In this document: positions 14,473 through 28,924 of the stretch, piece after piece | Numbering within the stretch: the first letter of the stretch is position 1 | Layout: the number at the start of each line of letters is the position of its first letter | Source of the DNA: the human T2T-CHM13v2.0 reference genome, Homo sapiens | Length of the DNA: 64,000 nucleotides | NCBI RefSeq assembly: GCF_009914755.1 | Contig: NC_060928.1 | Reading direction: 5' to 3' (one strand) | Notes under the pieces: model-generated | The model's input: the letters and a program-made list of their open reading frames with translations, nothing else | Told to the model about the DNA's origin: nothing | Databases searched by the model: none | Translations under genes and position numbers: made by a program

Positions 14473-14780
14473 TATTTGCATTCTCTACACCTGCACCCAA
14501 TCAAACAGGGCCCCAAATAACAGAACCTTGCCAATGGCACCCATTTTCAAAATATCTCTCCAAATCATGGATGAACATTTATATTGAGAAAATTGTACCA
14601 TGCTTCTAGTAAGTTTAATTTTCCAACACTTGAAGATGATAATTTCATAACTTTTCTCCAAAAAAAAAAAAAAAACCTTCCGACACATGCAGCTGATGAT
14701 CATTCTTCTTAAGAAGAAAAACAATTGCAATCAGATGAGACCCAAGTCTTCCTCCCAACAAGAAAACCATCCAGCTGGAT
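14473..14780. repeat. Copy B of ~300 bp diverged direct duplication
   Basis: Same sequence with A5 expanded to A16 and one 1-nt deletion. Confidence 0.9.
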
Positions 14781-16784
14781 GCATCTTTACCCACATTATT
14801 TTTCATCTTGTTACAGGTTAATAAGAATCCCAAATCCTTTCTAAGTCACCTTCTTCACTTGAAATCTAGATCTCATCCTCTTTCTTACTTTCCCTCTTCT
14901 GAATCAAGCCCATTGATATTCAAACATGTCTTCATATTGCCTATTAAAAAACAACAAAAAACACACTTTTTTCTATGTTCTTTCCAATTACTATCCTGTT
15001 TGGCTGTTGTGTGGTAAATTGAAAATTTTTACAACCATTTAAAAATTTGCAATCTCTAAATTCTGGTGCTGTGGAACAATACTTATATCGCTATTTGATC
15101 CTAATCTACATTGTACTTTTAGAGAGTCATAATTCTCTGTAACACATTAAAGGCTCTATAAAGTCTTGCAGCTAAGAAATTTCTTTAATTTTGTTTTACC
15201 CAGCACTTTCTTTTTCAATTAATTTGTCCATTTACAGCTTTTCCCATTAAAATCTGCAGAGCAGAGAAAATATTCTGGAAAGTACTTATCTAATTTTTTT
15301 TGCAGTGTGTGTGTGTAGAAATTTTAGCTTAAAGTGTAGCTTAAAATCATGCTTGAATTGGTTAAAATGATGCTATGTGGAAAAAAGATATTAAAATCTT
15401 ACAAATGTTTAACATTTAGCTTAATTTTTACCTCTTGTTTCACACAAGGATTTTTTTAACCATTTCAACAAGCATTATTTTATACTACAATTATTGTAGA
15501 CACTATAGGATAATCCAAATTCTGACAGCAGGGAGGAATAGTAGCACAAAGGAAATGCAGTGGTAGTTCTAGATCCAACATTCATTATAGTTTCTCTCTT
15601 TTAATATAACTTTGAGTACATAGTCTTTCAAGTCCATTTTAATTTCTAATCTGTGCCTGTGCCCATAATCATTTTTACAGTGCTCTAGAATGAATACATT
15701 TTGAGGAAAGATAATATCAAGAAGATGGGTAAGTTATATGTTAATCTTTAGGAATTTGGTGGTAAACTTTCATAATCTTACCAAGAAGTACACATTGAGT
15801 CTCTTTTTAAAATGTCTTCTAAGTCCTCACGTGTTAGATGGTGTAATAAAGGTAAAGAGAAGGGTTGTAACTGACCACAAGAAATTTTACATCTAATATT
15901 AGATAGGACCACTTAAAGAAAATTTCAGAAAACTTAAAGCCAGGCACCATTCTCATTCTTGAGTTTAAGATGTAAAAGACCAAGTTTCTGTAAGTCTGGG
16001 GATCATAATGCAACAGAAAGGATAATGATGTTCAAAAATCAATAGAAGGATGCCAATACATATATATTTAAAATGGGAAGAATATGCATGCATGAACTTT
16101 GCACATACATGCACTGTGGGCTTTAGCCAATATGTAAGTTTTGTTATTTTACAATATATTTTCTCTTTTCCAGGGTTCCTTCAAAGCTTGCAATTAGTTG
16201 TTTTTCCTTTTAACAATGCACAGCTAAATTACATTACTTAGATATTAAGGAAAGCAGTATCTCAAATAGAGCCAGTTGGGAGAATTTTCCCTTAACAGTG
16301 ACTGAAAATAAGAACGAGCATATTCTCTTTTTCATTTTGCTATATGTACTGCTTTAATGGATGTAACTGTAGTTCATTCATTTCACTGCTAATGACACTC
16401 AACTGTGTGAATATATCACAATCAATTTATCCATTCTACTGTAGATGACCATTCTCTATTCTCCAGTTTTTACTCCTATAAACAATTTTCCTAGGATCAC
16501 ATCTCGGTTATACATTTAGAAATATAATTGTTTGGTAGTAGCTATGTTTATCTTCATTATTATTAGAAAGACAAATAGTTTTTTATATAAAAAGGCAAAT
16601 TATATTCTAGCAATAGTATACAAAAGTTTCCATTGCTCTACTATCTTACCATCATTTGGGACTGTCAGCCAATCTGGTGGATATAAAATGTTATTTTATT
16701 GTGACTTTAAGTTGAATTTTCATGATTATCATGGTTAAACACTTCTGCATGTTCATTTGAATTTATTTGTTTCTGTATGTTCAT

Positions 16785-17158
16785 TTGTTGGCTATGTCCC
16801 CACCCAAAAATCTCATCTTGAGTTGTAATTCAAGATCTCTCCCACCTGTCAAGGGAGAGACCAGGTGTAGGTAATTGAATCATAGCGGTGGTTTCCTCCA
16901 TTCTGTTCTTGTGATAGTGAGTGAGTTCTCACAAGAGCTGATGGTTTTTTAAGTGCTTGGTAGTTCCTCCTGCATTCATTCTCCTTCCTGCCACCTTGGA
17001 AAGAAAGTGTCTTGCTTCCCCTATGCCTTCTGCCATGAGTGTAAGTTTCCAAAGGCCTCCTCAGCCATGCAAAACTGTGAGTCAATTAAATCTGTTTCCT
17101 TTATAAATTACCCAGTCTTGGGCAGTTCTTTATGGGAGTGTGAAAATGGACTAATACA
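16785..17158 (+). mobile_element. THE1/MST-type MaLR solo LTR
   Basis: 'tgtccccacccaaa..atctcatcttga' start; 'ataaattacccagtct...ggactaataca' end. Confidence 0.85.
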
Positions 17159-18310
17159 CTATTTTTTTGTGAATAGCTTTCTATCTTTCTATTTTTATTG
17201 GATTATCTTTTTCTTATTGATTTTCAAAAATACTTTATTCTGGAAAACAAATCCTTTAGCTTATATATGTTCTAAATATATTCTGCTGAGTTGAGACTCA
17301 TTGCCTTCTCTGAAGATCTTTTGATCTAAAAAAAGTTTTTAATTTTAAAGTAATCTTCTTAGGTCCTGCTAAATAAATAATTCACTATTCTGAGGGCATA
17401 ATGATGTTAATTCGTACTAACTTATACGTTTTAAAAATTGACTCTTTTCCTTTAGTCGTCAATCTACCTGATGGTATGATATAGGAGTCCAATTTTTCCT
17501 ATATATATTCCTATATATTTTATCCTATATATATTTCTAGTTATTGCAACACGGTTTATTGAAAACTCTTTTTACCCACTAGTTTTCAATACATTTCATT
17601 TTGTTTTCTAAGACAAAACGAGAACCTTTCTATGTACACTTACCAATCTTTTTTTAAGAGTGATCTATCCCAGAAACTTTCCATGTAAGTATATTAAAAC
17701 CAGCTTCATTATGTTAAGTGCTAATAGACATTTCTTAAATGTCTATGCCACATAGTGAATGAAATTGTCATAATTTAAGTAATCCTCTATTGATACATAA
17801 ATGAATTTTTTTATTCTTTGCTATTAAATATATTGCTACAGCAAACATCCTAACATATTTATTTTTATACCTTTTAATTTTGTTTCTATAGGAGGCATTG
17901 TAAGAAGTGAAAGTCTTTGATAAAAGAGTGCTTATTTGTAATGTCAGTATATTTTTGAATCCTCTCAGATCCACTAGCAGTGAGTTTTCATGCCTGATAT
18001 GGTTTGACTCTGTGTCCCCACCCAAATCTCATCTTGAATTGTACCCCCATAAATAATTCCCATGTGTTGTGGGAGGGAACCTGTGGGAGATAACTGAATC
18101 ATGGGGGTGGTTTCAGTACCCCCATACTGTTCTTGTGGTAGGGAATGAGTCCGAGATCTGATGGTTTTATAAGGGGTTTCTGCTTTCACTTCTCCCTCAT
18201 TCTATCTTGCCACTGCCATATAAGAACTGCTTTTCACCTTCTGCCATGATTGTGAGGCTTACCCAGCCACATGGAATTGTGAGTCCATTAAATCTATTTT
18301 TCTTCCCAGT

Positions 18311-19075
<765 letters not shown>

Positions 19076-21342
19076 AGGGATGTCTTTATTAGCAGCATGA
19101 AAATGGAGAAATACAATCCATTGGTACCAGTAGAGTGGGGCACTGTTTAAAAGATACCTTAAAATATGGAAGTGACTTTGGAACTGGGTAACAGGCAGAG
19201 GTTGGAACAGTTTGGAGGGCTCAGAAGAGGACAGGAAGATGTGGGAAGGTTTGAAATTCCCTAGAGACTCATTGAACGGCTTTGACCAAAATGCTGATAA
19301 TGATATGAACAATGAAATCCAAGCTTAGGTGGTCTCAGATGGAAATGAGAAACTTGTTGGGAACTAGAGCAAGGGTGACTCTTGTTATGTTTTAGCAGAG
19401 ACTGGCAGCATTTTGCTCCTGCCTTAGAGATTTGTGGAACTTTGAACTTGAGAGAAAATGATTTAGGGTATCTGGTGGAAGAAATTTCTAAGCAGCAAAA
19501 CATTCAAGATGTGGCTTGGGTGCTTTTAAAGGCATTCAGCTTTATAATGGAAGCAGAGCATAAAAGTTACTGTGACAATGAGAATGAAAAGAAAATCCCA
19601 TTTTCCAAGGAGAAACTCAAGGCAGCTGCAGTAATTTGCATAAGTAACAAGGAGCCAAATGTTAATCACCATGACAATGGAGAAAATAACTCCAGGGCAT
19701 GTCAGAGACCTTTACAGCAACCCCTCCCATCACAGACCTGGAGGCCTAGGAGGAAAAAATGGTTTCATGGGCTGGGCCCAGGGTCCCTCTGTTGTGTGCA
19801 GTCTAGGGACTTCGTGCCCTGCATCCCAGCCACTCCAGCTGTGACTAAAGGGGTCAAGGTATACTTTGGGCCATAGCTTCAGAGTGTGCCAGCCCCAAAC
19901 TTTGGCAGCTTCCATGTGGTGTTGAGGCTGTGGTGCATGGAAGTCAAGAACTGAGGTTTGGGAACCTCCACCTAGATATCAGAAGATGTATGGAAACGTC
20001 AGGATGTCCAGGAAGAAGTTTGCTGCAGCAGCAGGGCTTTCATGGAGAGCCTCTGCTAAGGCAGTGCAGAAGGAAAATGTGGGGTTGAAGACCCCACACA
20101 GAGTCCCCACTGGGGCACTGCCTAGTAGAGCTATGAGAAGAGGGCCACAATCCTCCAGACCCCAGAATAGCAGATCCACCAACAGCTTGCACAGTGTGCC
20201 TGGAAAAGCTGCAGACACTCAACACCAGCCTGTGAAAGCAGCTTGGAAGGAGGCTGTATCCTTCAAAGCCACAGGGGTGAAGCTATCCAAGACCATGGGA
20301 CCCACCTCTTGTTTCAGCATGACTTGGATGTGTGATATGGAGTCAAAGGAGATCATTTTGGAACTTTAAGATTTGACTGCCCCACTGGATTTCGGATTTG
20401 CATGGGGCCTGTAGCCCCTTTGTTTTGGCCAATTTCTCACATTTGGAATGGCTGTATTTACCCAGTGCCTGTACCCCCATTGTATCTAGGAAGTAACAAA
20501 CCTGCTTTTGATTTTACAGGCTCATAGGCAGAAGAGAATTGCCTTCTCTCTTATAAGACTTTAGACTGTGGATTTTGAGTTAAGACTTTGGGAGACTGTT
20601 GGGAAGGCATGCTTGGTTTTGAAATGTGAGGATCTGAGATTTGACAGGGGCCAGGGGCAGAATTATATGGTTTGGCTCTGTGTCCCCACCCCTCATCTTC
20701 AACTGTACTCCCACATGTTGTGGAAGGGAACCGGTGGGAGATAATTGAATCATGCAGGCAGTTTCCCCCATACTCTTCTCATGATAGTGAATAAGTCTTA
20801 CTAGAGCTGATGGTTTTAGAAGGAGTTTCTGCTTTCACTTCTCCCTCATTCTCTCTTGCCACCACCATGACTGTGAGGCCTCCCCAGCCACGTGGAACTG
20901 TGAGTTCATTAAATCTATTTTTCTTCCCATTCTTGGGTACGTCTTTATTAGCAGGGTGAAAATGAACTAGTACAATGCCCTTTTCTCCACATCCTTGACA
21001 ACATTATGAGTTATCAGTCACTTTAGTCACTGCTATTTCAACAGATGAGAAATTGTACTGCCATGTTGTTTCAACTTCTTTGATTTTAATGATGTTAAGA
21101 TTTTTCAGCATCTTATGTTTCTGACAGATTAAGTTCTGTATTTTTATCCATTTTTTCATTTTTCACCTGTTTTTCATCTTTTGTCTTTATCCTTTATTTC
21201 ATTACTCAGCTATACAGCATATCTTCACCATTTAATATTTTACATGTGTAGACCTATTTATTATTTGTCTCATAACTAGAATAAAAGTTCTCTGAGAGCA
21301 GGGACTTTGTTTTCCTCATAGCTTTATTTTTATGTCCTAAAC

Positions 21343-21569
21343 CAGAGATTGTCAAATAACAGCTTATGGGTCAAATGTAGCCTGGTGCCTCTTTCTGTCA
21401 ATAAATTTCTTTGGAATGCAGCCATAGCCATCACTTGTTGTACTATTTATGGCTGCTTCACACTAAAACTCAGAATTGAGTAGTTGCAACAGAAACCTTA
21501 TAGCTTGCACAATTGAAAATATTTACTATCTGGTCCTTTACAGGAAAAAAAAAAGTTTGCCAAATTCTG
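21343..21569 (+). mobile_element. MER58A-like hAT-Charlie MITE
   Basis: CAG...CTG termini, 'atttactatctggtcctttacag..aaaagtttgcc' motif. Confidence 0.75.
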
Positions 21570-22609
21570 GTCTAGTAAAATATCATACAACTTGTAGAAT
21601 GAATAAATGAAGGAGAAAGAATGGTAAATAGACTTATAGATTTTTTTATGATTTAAGGATATTGAGGCTACCATTCATTTGTGTCATGTATATCATAACT
21701 GATTTTCTTATATTTCTGTTTGACTTTCAAGAGTTTTAAATTTTAATGTGGTCATATATGTCAATATTTTATAAAGCAATTTTGTAATGTAATAAGCTAA
21801 TAAATTCTGTAATGTAATAAGCTAACAAAGCCCCACTTAACACCCCCAACATCACCACCCTCCTTCTTCACACAAATTCAGTTGAAATGTTCTTCATGGG
21901 CTAATATAGAATCATTGACTGAATGCATAAATGCATATTCTTTAGGTGCTGAAAGAAAGGCATCTTCCTGAACAGAAGGGTATTTTTCAAAATTATTTGT
22001 TAAATAAATTGAGCTCATTATATAATATAGGTCCTCCATATTATAATGACTCGATCTGCCAAACTGGTATATTTGACCCACATATATTATACTTCTATGA
22101 ATTTTTATTATGTTCCTCTTTATCATAATACATGTCTAAATTAGAAAAATAATAAAATACTGTCACGCAGGGGTAAAATCTCATCATAATTTCTCTTGCT
22201 TTATTTTCAAGTAGCTTTCATCTGATAACAATCAGGAGATAATTAACTTTAAAAATCGCATAACTTTTCTCTTTACTACAGAATTATAGTCAGTCTTTTC
22301 ATTTACCTTCCCTCAAAATATTTGTAACCATTTATTCATGTTTCTTGGTGAAGTAAAACTTTGCAAATCACATGTCCTGCTATTGTAAGTATATCAATAC
22401 CTCAACAACCTGGGTTAACTCTGCTTTGAGTGTCATGTAAATGAACAAATTAGTTAGAAATCTGTTAAGCATTGCCTTCATCACATGGTTAGAAAGAGGA
22501 TTAAATGAGATTATGCTTGAGAAAGTATTTTATAAACTCTCCCGGGCAATTCAAATTATGTTCTCATAATCATTGTCATCATGTCACATCTACTTGCTAC
22601 ACTGAGTAT

Positions 22610-22650
22610 GAGAGAGAGAGAGAGAGAGGCAGAAAGAGAGAGAGAGAGAG

Positions 22651-22683
<33 letters not shown>
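22610..22683. repeat. Compound (GA)n(TG)n microsatellite
   Basis: Direct reading. Confidence 0.95.
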
Positions 22684-22686
<3 letters not shown>

Positions 22687-23570
22687 CAGATTCTCTTCCT
22701 TAACTTGTTCTCTTTGGTGTAAATGATGAGCCATCAGAAATTGTAAGGCAACCTGTAACTCACTTTCAAAAGAATTGCTGATAGCTCTGTGTTCTACCTA
22801 CAAATTTAGAACAATCTAATATTTTACTGGAAATGACTTGTATTATTTTGTATTATTCATCTGTGGCCTTTCAAAAGGCAACTTTTTGCCAGAGGACAGG
22901 TGTAGCTTAAGATGAAGTATATCTGAACTTAAATGAGAATCAAACTTCTAAAGCTCTGGGGAGGGAGAATATAAGTCATATGTATTTACACTAATTTATC
23001 TCAAGAATAATTTTTCTATATACATTCTAATTTTAAAATAACAATAATTTAATAATATCTACCAAGTTGATGGTTTCCTCTATGAAGTTTTCAAAAGGAT
23101 GGTTATCTCCCTGAGGACATCAAAAAGTCAGCAAGTCTTCATATGGGTTTTCTAGGCATAAATACAGCACAGTCCACTGAATACATGTCTCCTAAAAATT
23201 CTTTAAAGGCTCTATGGGTGACACCAAGTCCTTGATGTTTGCTAAAATTTGGTTTGTTTTATTCTTTAAGAACTATAAGCACAGTGCCCAGGGACTACGT
23301 GCTTTTTAGGAGCCTCTAAAATTTCTGAAACCAGAAAAAGTATTATTCGCTCAGCAATAAGAAAACAAAACTACAAAATAAATATTATTAAAAATGTAAT
23401 GATCAACAAAATATAACTTTATACCAACCTTGTTATTGTTAGATTTAGTATTTATAATATTTCTATTACATTTGAAAACTAGTTGTTCGTTAGATTTTCT
23501 TTACTTTGCAATAATTTCTACATGTGCATGGTGATTTGAGAGAAATCAGAGCCAAATACAAATTACGGTA

Positions 23571-23628
23571 TTTTTTTTTTTTTTTTGAGACGGAGTCTCG
23601 CTCTGTCACCCAGGCTGGAGTGCAGTGG
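23571..23628 (-). mobile_element. Severely 5'-truncated Alu
   Basis: T16 plus about 42 nt of Alu 3' end, flanked by CAAATTAC.G.ATTTT direct repeats. Confidence 0.85.
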
Positions 23629-25649
23629 GCAAATTACTGCATTTTAATTGCTCATAAATAAATTTCAATGAGCTATTATAAATAACTGTTTATATCAAGT
23701 ATTATATATAATGTAGGCAGGGGATACATTTTAATATACTTAATGTGCTATGAAGCCAGAAATCTGCTTAGCAATTTTATCTTCAACTTTTTTCTTCATA
23801 TTCAATTGACCATTAAAGAGTTGAATTTTATTTTTTAAACACTTCATCTATCACTTACTGCCATCCTTAATGTCAGTATCATGGCTCTAATTGCTATCAT
23901 CTCTTTTAAGGATTTGCTGCAACAGCTTCCTGATGGTAGAATTAAAGAGGTCCAGACAAAATAGCTTAGTTCCATAGAAAAGTGCGTGATGCTTCTTGCA
24001 GGAATGAAGAATTAGGAGCCTGGCAAGAGAGGGGCCAGGAGTTTTGGGGGTAGAACAGAGAACTTTAAGCAGCTTTTCAGAATAGCAAAGCTTCAGGGAA
24101 AGACTTTTCTAAAAAGTATTGTATGGCAATCTCCAGCCTCCCCTCCTCACCCCCACAGACTCTTTCCATAAGACTTCAGTAAAACTGTCTTTGGGATCTT
24201 TTGAATACAGCGCATTGAGGAAACAAGAAGATAAAGGTGGGGGTGGGTGAGACAGAGACAGAGAGAGATTGTCATGTAATACATAGTGGAATAATAACAT
24301 AACCATGAAGTAGTAAGACTCTAACTTGTAACAAATTCATGGAGAGTAAAAAGGAAATACCTTGTGTGATGGTTATTTTCTGCTCTGTGCTATTTGCTTC
24401 ATGGTTGTCAACCACATACTAGCCTACCTGGTGAACTAAGATGTGATTCAACATTCTCTCATCTCTAAATTTAAACTATAATAATGTCTCCTTCCATAAC
24501 ATAAAAATTTCCATGAATTCAGTGTTGTGTAACACTCAAGAAATCTGTATTTGGATATTCCCAGGAGCGCTGTAGAAGTTAAGGGCCGCCTATACAAAAG
24601 ACTAATTACTTCAAGGAACAGAAAAAATAATATCAAAGAAACTCAATAAATACAGCATGCTAAAGTATTTTATGTGCCTCAAATTAATAGCAGCAATGGG
24701 TATACAGTGCTTGCTGTGTGGCAGGCACTGCTCAATGTGTTTTGTCCATAACAATCCTATTAGCATATTAGTAATAATATATATTAGCAGTATCTACATT
24801 GTACAAATGAATAAACAGTGGCAAGACTGATGATGCGAATTGGCCAGTGTACAAAACTCGTAAGCTGCAAAGCAGGAATCAAAACAGGTGATTTGGCCCT
24901 AAAGTCCATTTATTTACCTCTCCGCTATATTGTTATTTGTAAAGATGAACACTGCATGTTGAATTTCCATTGACCACCTCTTGTTTGATAGACATTCTCA
25001 GTCATCTTCCACCCTTGCAATTCAATTGAATTGTTTTATTTTTGCAAAAAATGCACATATTAAAAGACTTTCCTTTTTATTTTTTAACTGTGTTTTGTCC
25101 TTCATGCATACATTCCCCTTTTTTGTTTTGTTTCGATTTTGTTTTTTTAATCTCAGCTTTGCCAGTGTTTGCCATCCTGGATAATGCTTTTGTCTGTCTC
25201 ACTGCATAAATCTCACCATCTATTCTTTTTCATTATACACCACTGTGGAGAGGTAGTTTCAGTCCTGAGGCTCTAATTTGTTTGTGTTTGTTTCTCAAAA
25301 CTTCACTGCAAAATTTGAATATAATTATAACTACTCATGTAGAAGTAAATTTACATAAAATGAGCTTTTGTAAGTAAAACTTGGAGTTAGAAAAGCATTG
25401 CAAAACCTGTCACATTTTTATCATTTTTGTTTCTTTGTATATTGCATTCTGCTAAAGAAAAAGAAAAACACTGAAAATGGTCCCCCAAAGCCTTTCACAA
25501 GCCTCACTAATTTTTGTGTTCTCTAGGGGCCCTATCTTTTCTAAATCAGAATCAGGGGTCTAGTTAGGGGCATTTAAGGCCCTTTACAATCTACATTCAT
25601 TTGATTCATGTCCCAGAATATTCTTATTTGAAATTGCCAAAAATAAAGT

Positions 25650-25928
25650 GGCTGAGCGCGGCGGCCCATGCCTGTAATTCCAGTTCTCTGGGAGGCCGAG
25701 GCGGGCAGATCATCTGAGGTAAGGAGTTCAAGACCAGCCTGGCCAACATGGTGAAATTCCATCACTACTAAAAGTACAAAAATTAGTGGAGCATGGTGGC
25801 GGGTGCCTGTAATCCCAGCTACTCAGGGGGCTGAGGCAGGAGGATCGCTTGAGCCTGGGAGGCGGAGTTTGCAGTGAGCCAAAATCACACTACCGCACTC
25901 TAGCCTAGGTGACCAATAAAATAAAAAT
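25650..25928 (+). mobile_element. AluS
   Basis: Alu consensus match. Confidence 0.9.
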
Positions 25929-28634
25929 ATTTTTTAAAAGTACCAGAAGTGCTATATATTCTGACAACTGTTAAGCTGAAACATAAGTACATAGTGAATA
26001 ATATTTTTTTGACATAAGGAATGACACATGTATGTGTATTCTGAGTAGGCTCACTTGTCATATAAGACATCAATGCTAAAGAAAGAAAAATATCTTTTAG
26101 CTAAATTAGCTCTTGGTGATTTTTTATTACATTTTCTTCTTTAAGAGTTCACTCACCACCCAAATTCTTTTCTTAAATATAACAATACTACTGGTACCTC
26201 GATCTACTACCTACCAAATGTCATAAGATCAGGCATAAGAACAAGTCTCCATATAGATACATATTCTGTACACACTCGTCAAAAATTGTTGGAGAACAAA
26301 ATGAATTTTGCAGATGAATGTTTCTTTAACAATAACCTTGTCATTTATTTTATAATCATTTTTTCAAAATTCTTCTTTCATAATGTAAGTGCTTCTCCCC
26401 TCTTTAAATAGAAAAAGAGGGCTATAATTTAAATCATATTCCGGCTTTTGTCAAGAGCATTCATCATTTATGTGGCATTTTCGTATTTTATCTGTTCATC
26501 ATTGCATTAATGTTAAACTGTCAGCCACTATTTCTGTTATTGTGTCCACTTCAATCATTTTTCCATCTATCAGTCTATTTATTCATTCATTATTCAACAT
26601 TCCTAGCAACTAGCACTGGAGTGTAAAAAAGCCTATTACTTAAAAAGTTGTACAGTTTAATTGGGGATCCAGACAAGTGATAAAAATGGCATTTCGGCGT
26701 TAAAAATCTGCACAGGGAACAAAGGAAATACCAAGAGGAGTCACTGTGGAGTCAGAAGAAGGTTGAGAGAATCTTGAATTACAAACAGGAGTTAGAAAGG
26801 GAAGTGGAAAGTGGTGTTTGGTGAAGGAATAGACTTAGAACAAGGAACAGTATGTGCAAAGGCCAGAGTTATGAGCTACTAAAGAAACTAAAAAAGGAAG
26901 GGTGATCATATCTCTGTTTTAAAAAAAATCACTCTAACATTGCTTTTCATCTCTTCTGGATTTTAAATTTATAACATGCTGTGCTTGGCGAACAGCTAAA
27001 TAAATGTTAAAGAAATAAAAGATAAATAAGAGTTAATAAATGAAGCTAATACACTCAGTTTTGCTGGAAGGACTTTATAATTACTCTTTTATACTCAATT
27101 AACATTTTGGAGGTTAGAGAGTTCCAAAAACAAAATTGTGAAGCCAGAAGTTAAGGCAAACAGTCACATTTTCAATATTTATGAATTATTTAAGAATCAT
27201 ACAACTCTAATTGCAAAGTCAACATTATATTGCCACATATGCAATTATATGTATTTACATGTTTTGTTGGTATGTATATATTTTTTCACATTTAGAAATA
27301 AATGTGATTCTGCATATATTATTATGGATTCTAAAATAAAATATAATAATTATTATCAATGGGGAACTCTGGCTATTTATTTAAAAGAGATTCTTCAACA
27401 AACAAAAAGCGGAGAAGAAGATAGTGGCACTCAACTGAGAATGGTGGTATCATGAAATGTGCAATAATGGCTTGCTTTCATTTATTTTAAACACGTATAT
27501 GTACATGTGCAATGGTTTCAACATAATCCAAGGGGCCAAGAACATAGCTGATAAAGAGGAGAAAATGAGACTATCACAGAAGGCTGCATTAGAGAATGCA
27601 TGGATCAGAAATCAGTGGTTAAAGTGTTCACTTGGTCTAGATGCCAGGAGCAAGGAGAAGGTCATTAAAGGATTTAAATGGCAGTATGGAGGTTTTAGCT
27701 TCCACATGGCATTTATTGATATAATGCTTAATGTACATGATTTAGCTTCTGCTCTGACAATCTTATGGTGAAGGTGCTATTAAGAGGTTTGGCAGAAATT
27801 CCTGGCTCATATTCCCAAGAGTATTAGAAGGAGGCGAGGAAGAAACAACCATTAGACATAATTTTTCATGAAATCCCTTATTGAGGGAATTGGACAAAGA
27901 GTATATCCACGTTGGTAATTACTTATCAAAACCGTGTCATATTGAAATGAACTAGTAAAAGTCCTTATATACTTTTTCTTCTTGTTTTGGTGGCTCATGT
28001 CATTTGGTATGGTTCCTAACATATTTAGATGTTTATTTTGAGATATGAAATAAATCAGATTTTTGTAGAAGTGTATTCAAATTTTAAAATGGCTAAATAT
28101 CCTATGAAAAATAAAAACTACCCCAGATGATCAGAAAAATTTCTAAACTGTTGATGTATGTCACCGTATGCATATGTAATGAATTATCAAGTCCAAATTA
28201 GTGTATGTGGAGATATGATCACAGGTATGGATTCTGACTTACTTAAAATGTTACATAGGTTCTAAAAACGTGGCTTCAATATTTTAGGGAGTCATACCAC
28301 ATTTATTAAATTGATGAATACAATGAAATATCTCTCCATAAATTATTCATCCCTGCATACACACAACATTTTGCATATAATTTTAGCAGATTCACGGATG
28401 CCCTGAAGTCCCATTAATGGAATCAAAGTTAACTACTTCTGAATTAGAAAATTATGTAACAATGTATACTTTTTAGCTTTACAACATTTCAATGACATTT
28501 TAAGTTAAAGACTCATGAGTGTCATGCAGGAAACCTATATTTAAGGAATAAATAAATGAAGTTGTATTAAATTTTTTGTATTAAACTTTTTAGTCTGCTT
28601 TTTATGTAGTCATTTTGCCTCCTGTTCAAAATGA

Positions 28635-28924
<290 letters not shown>

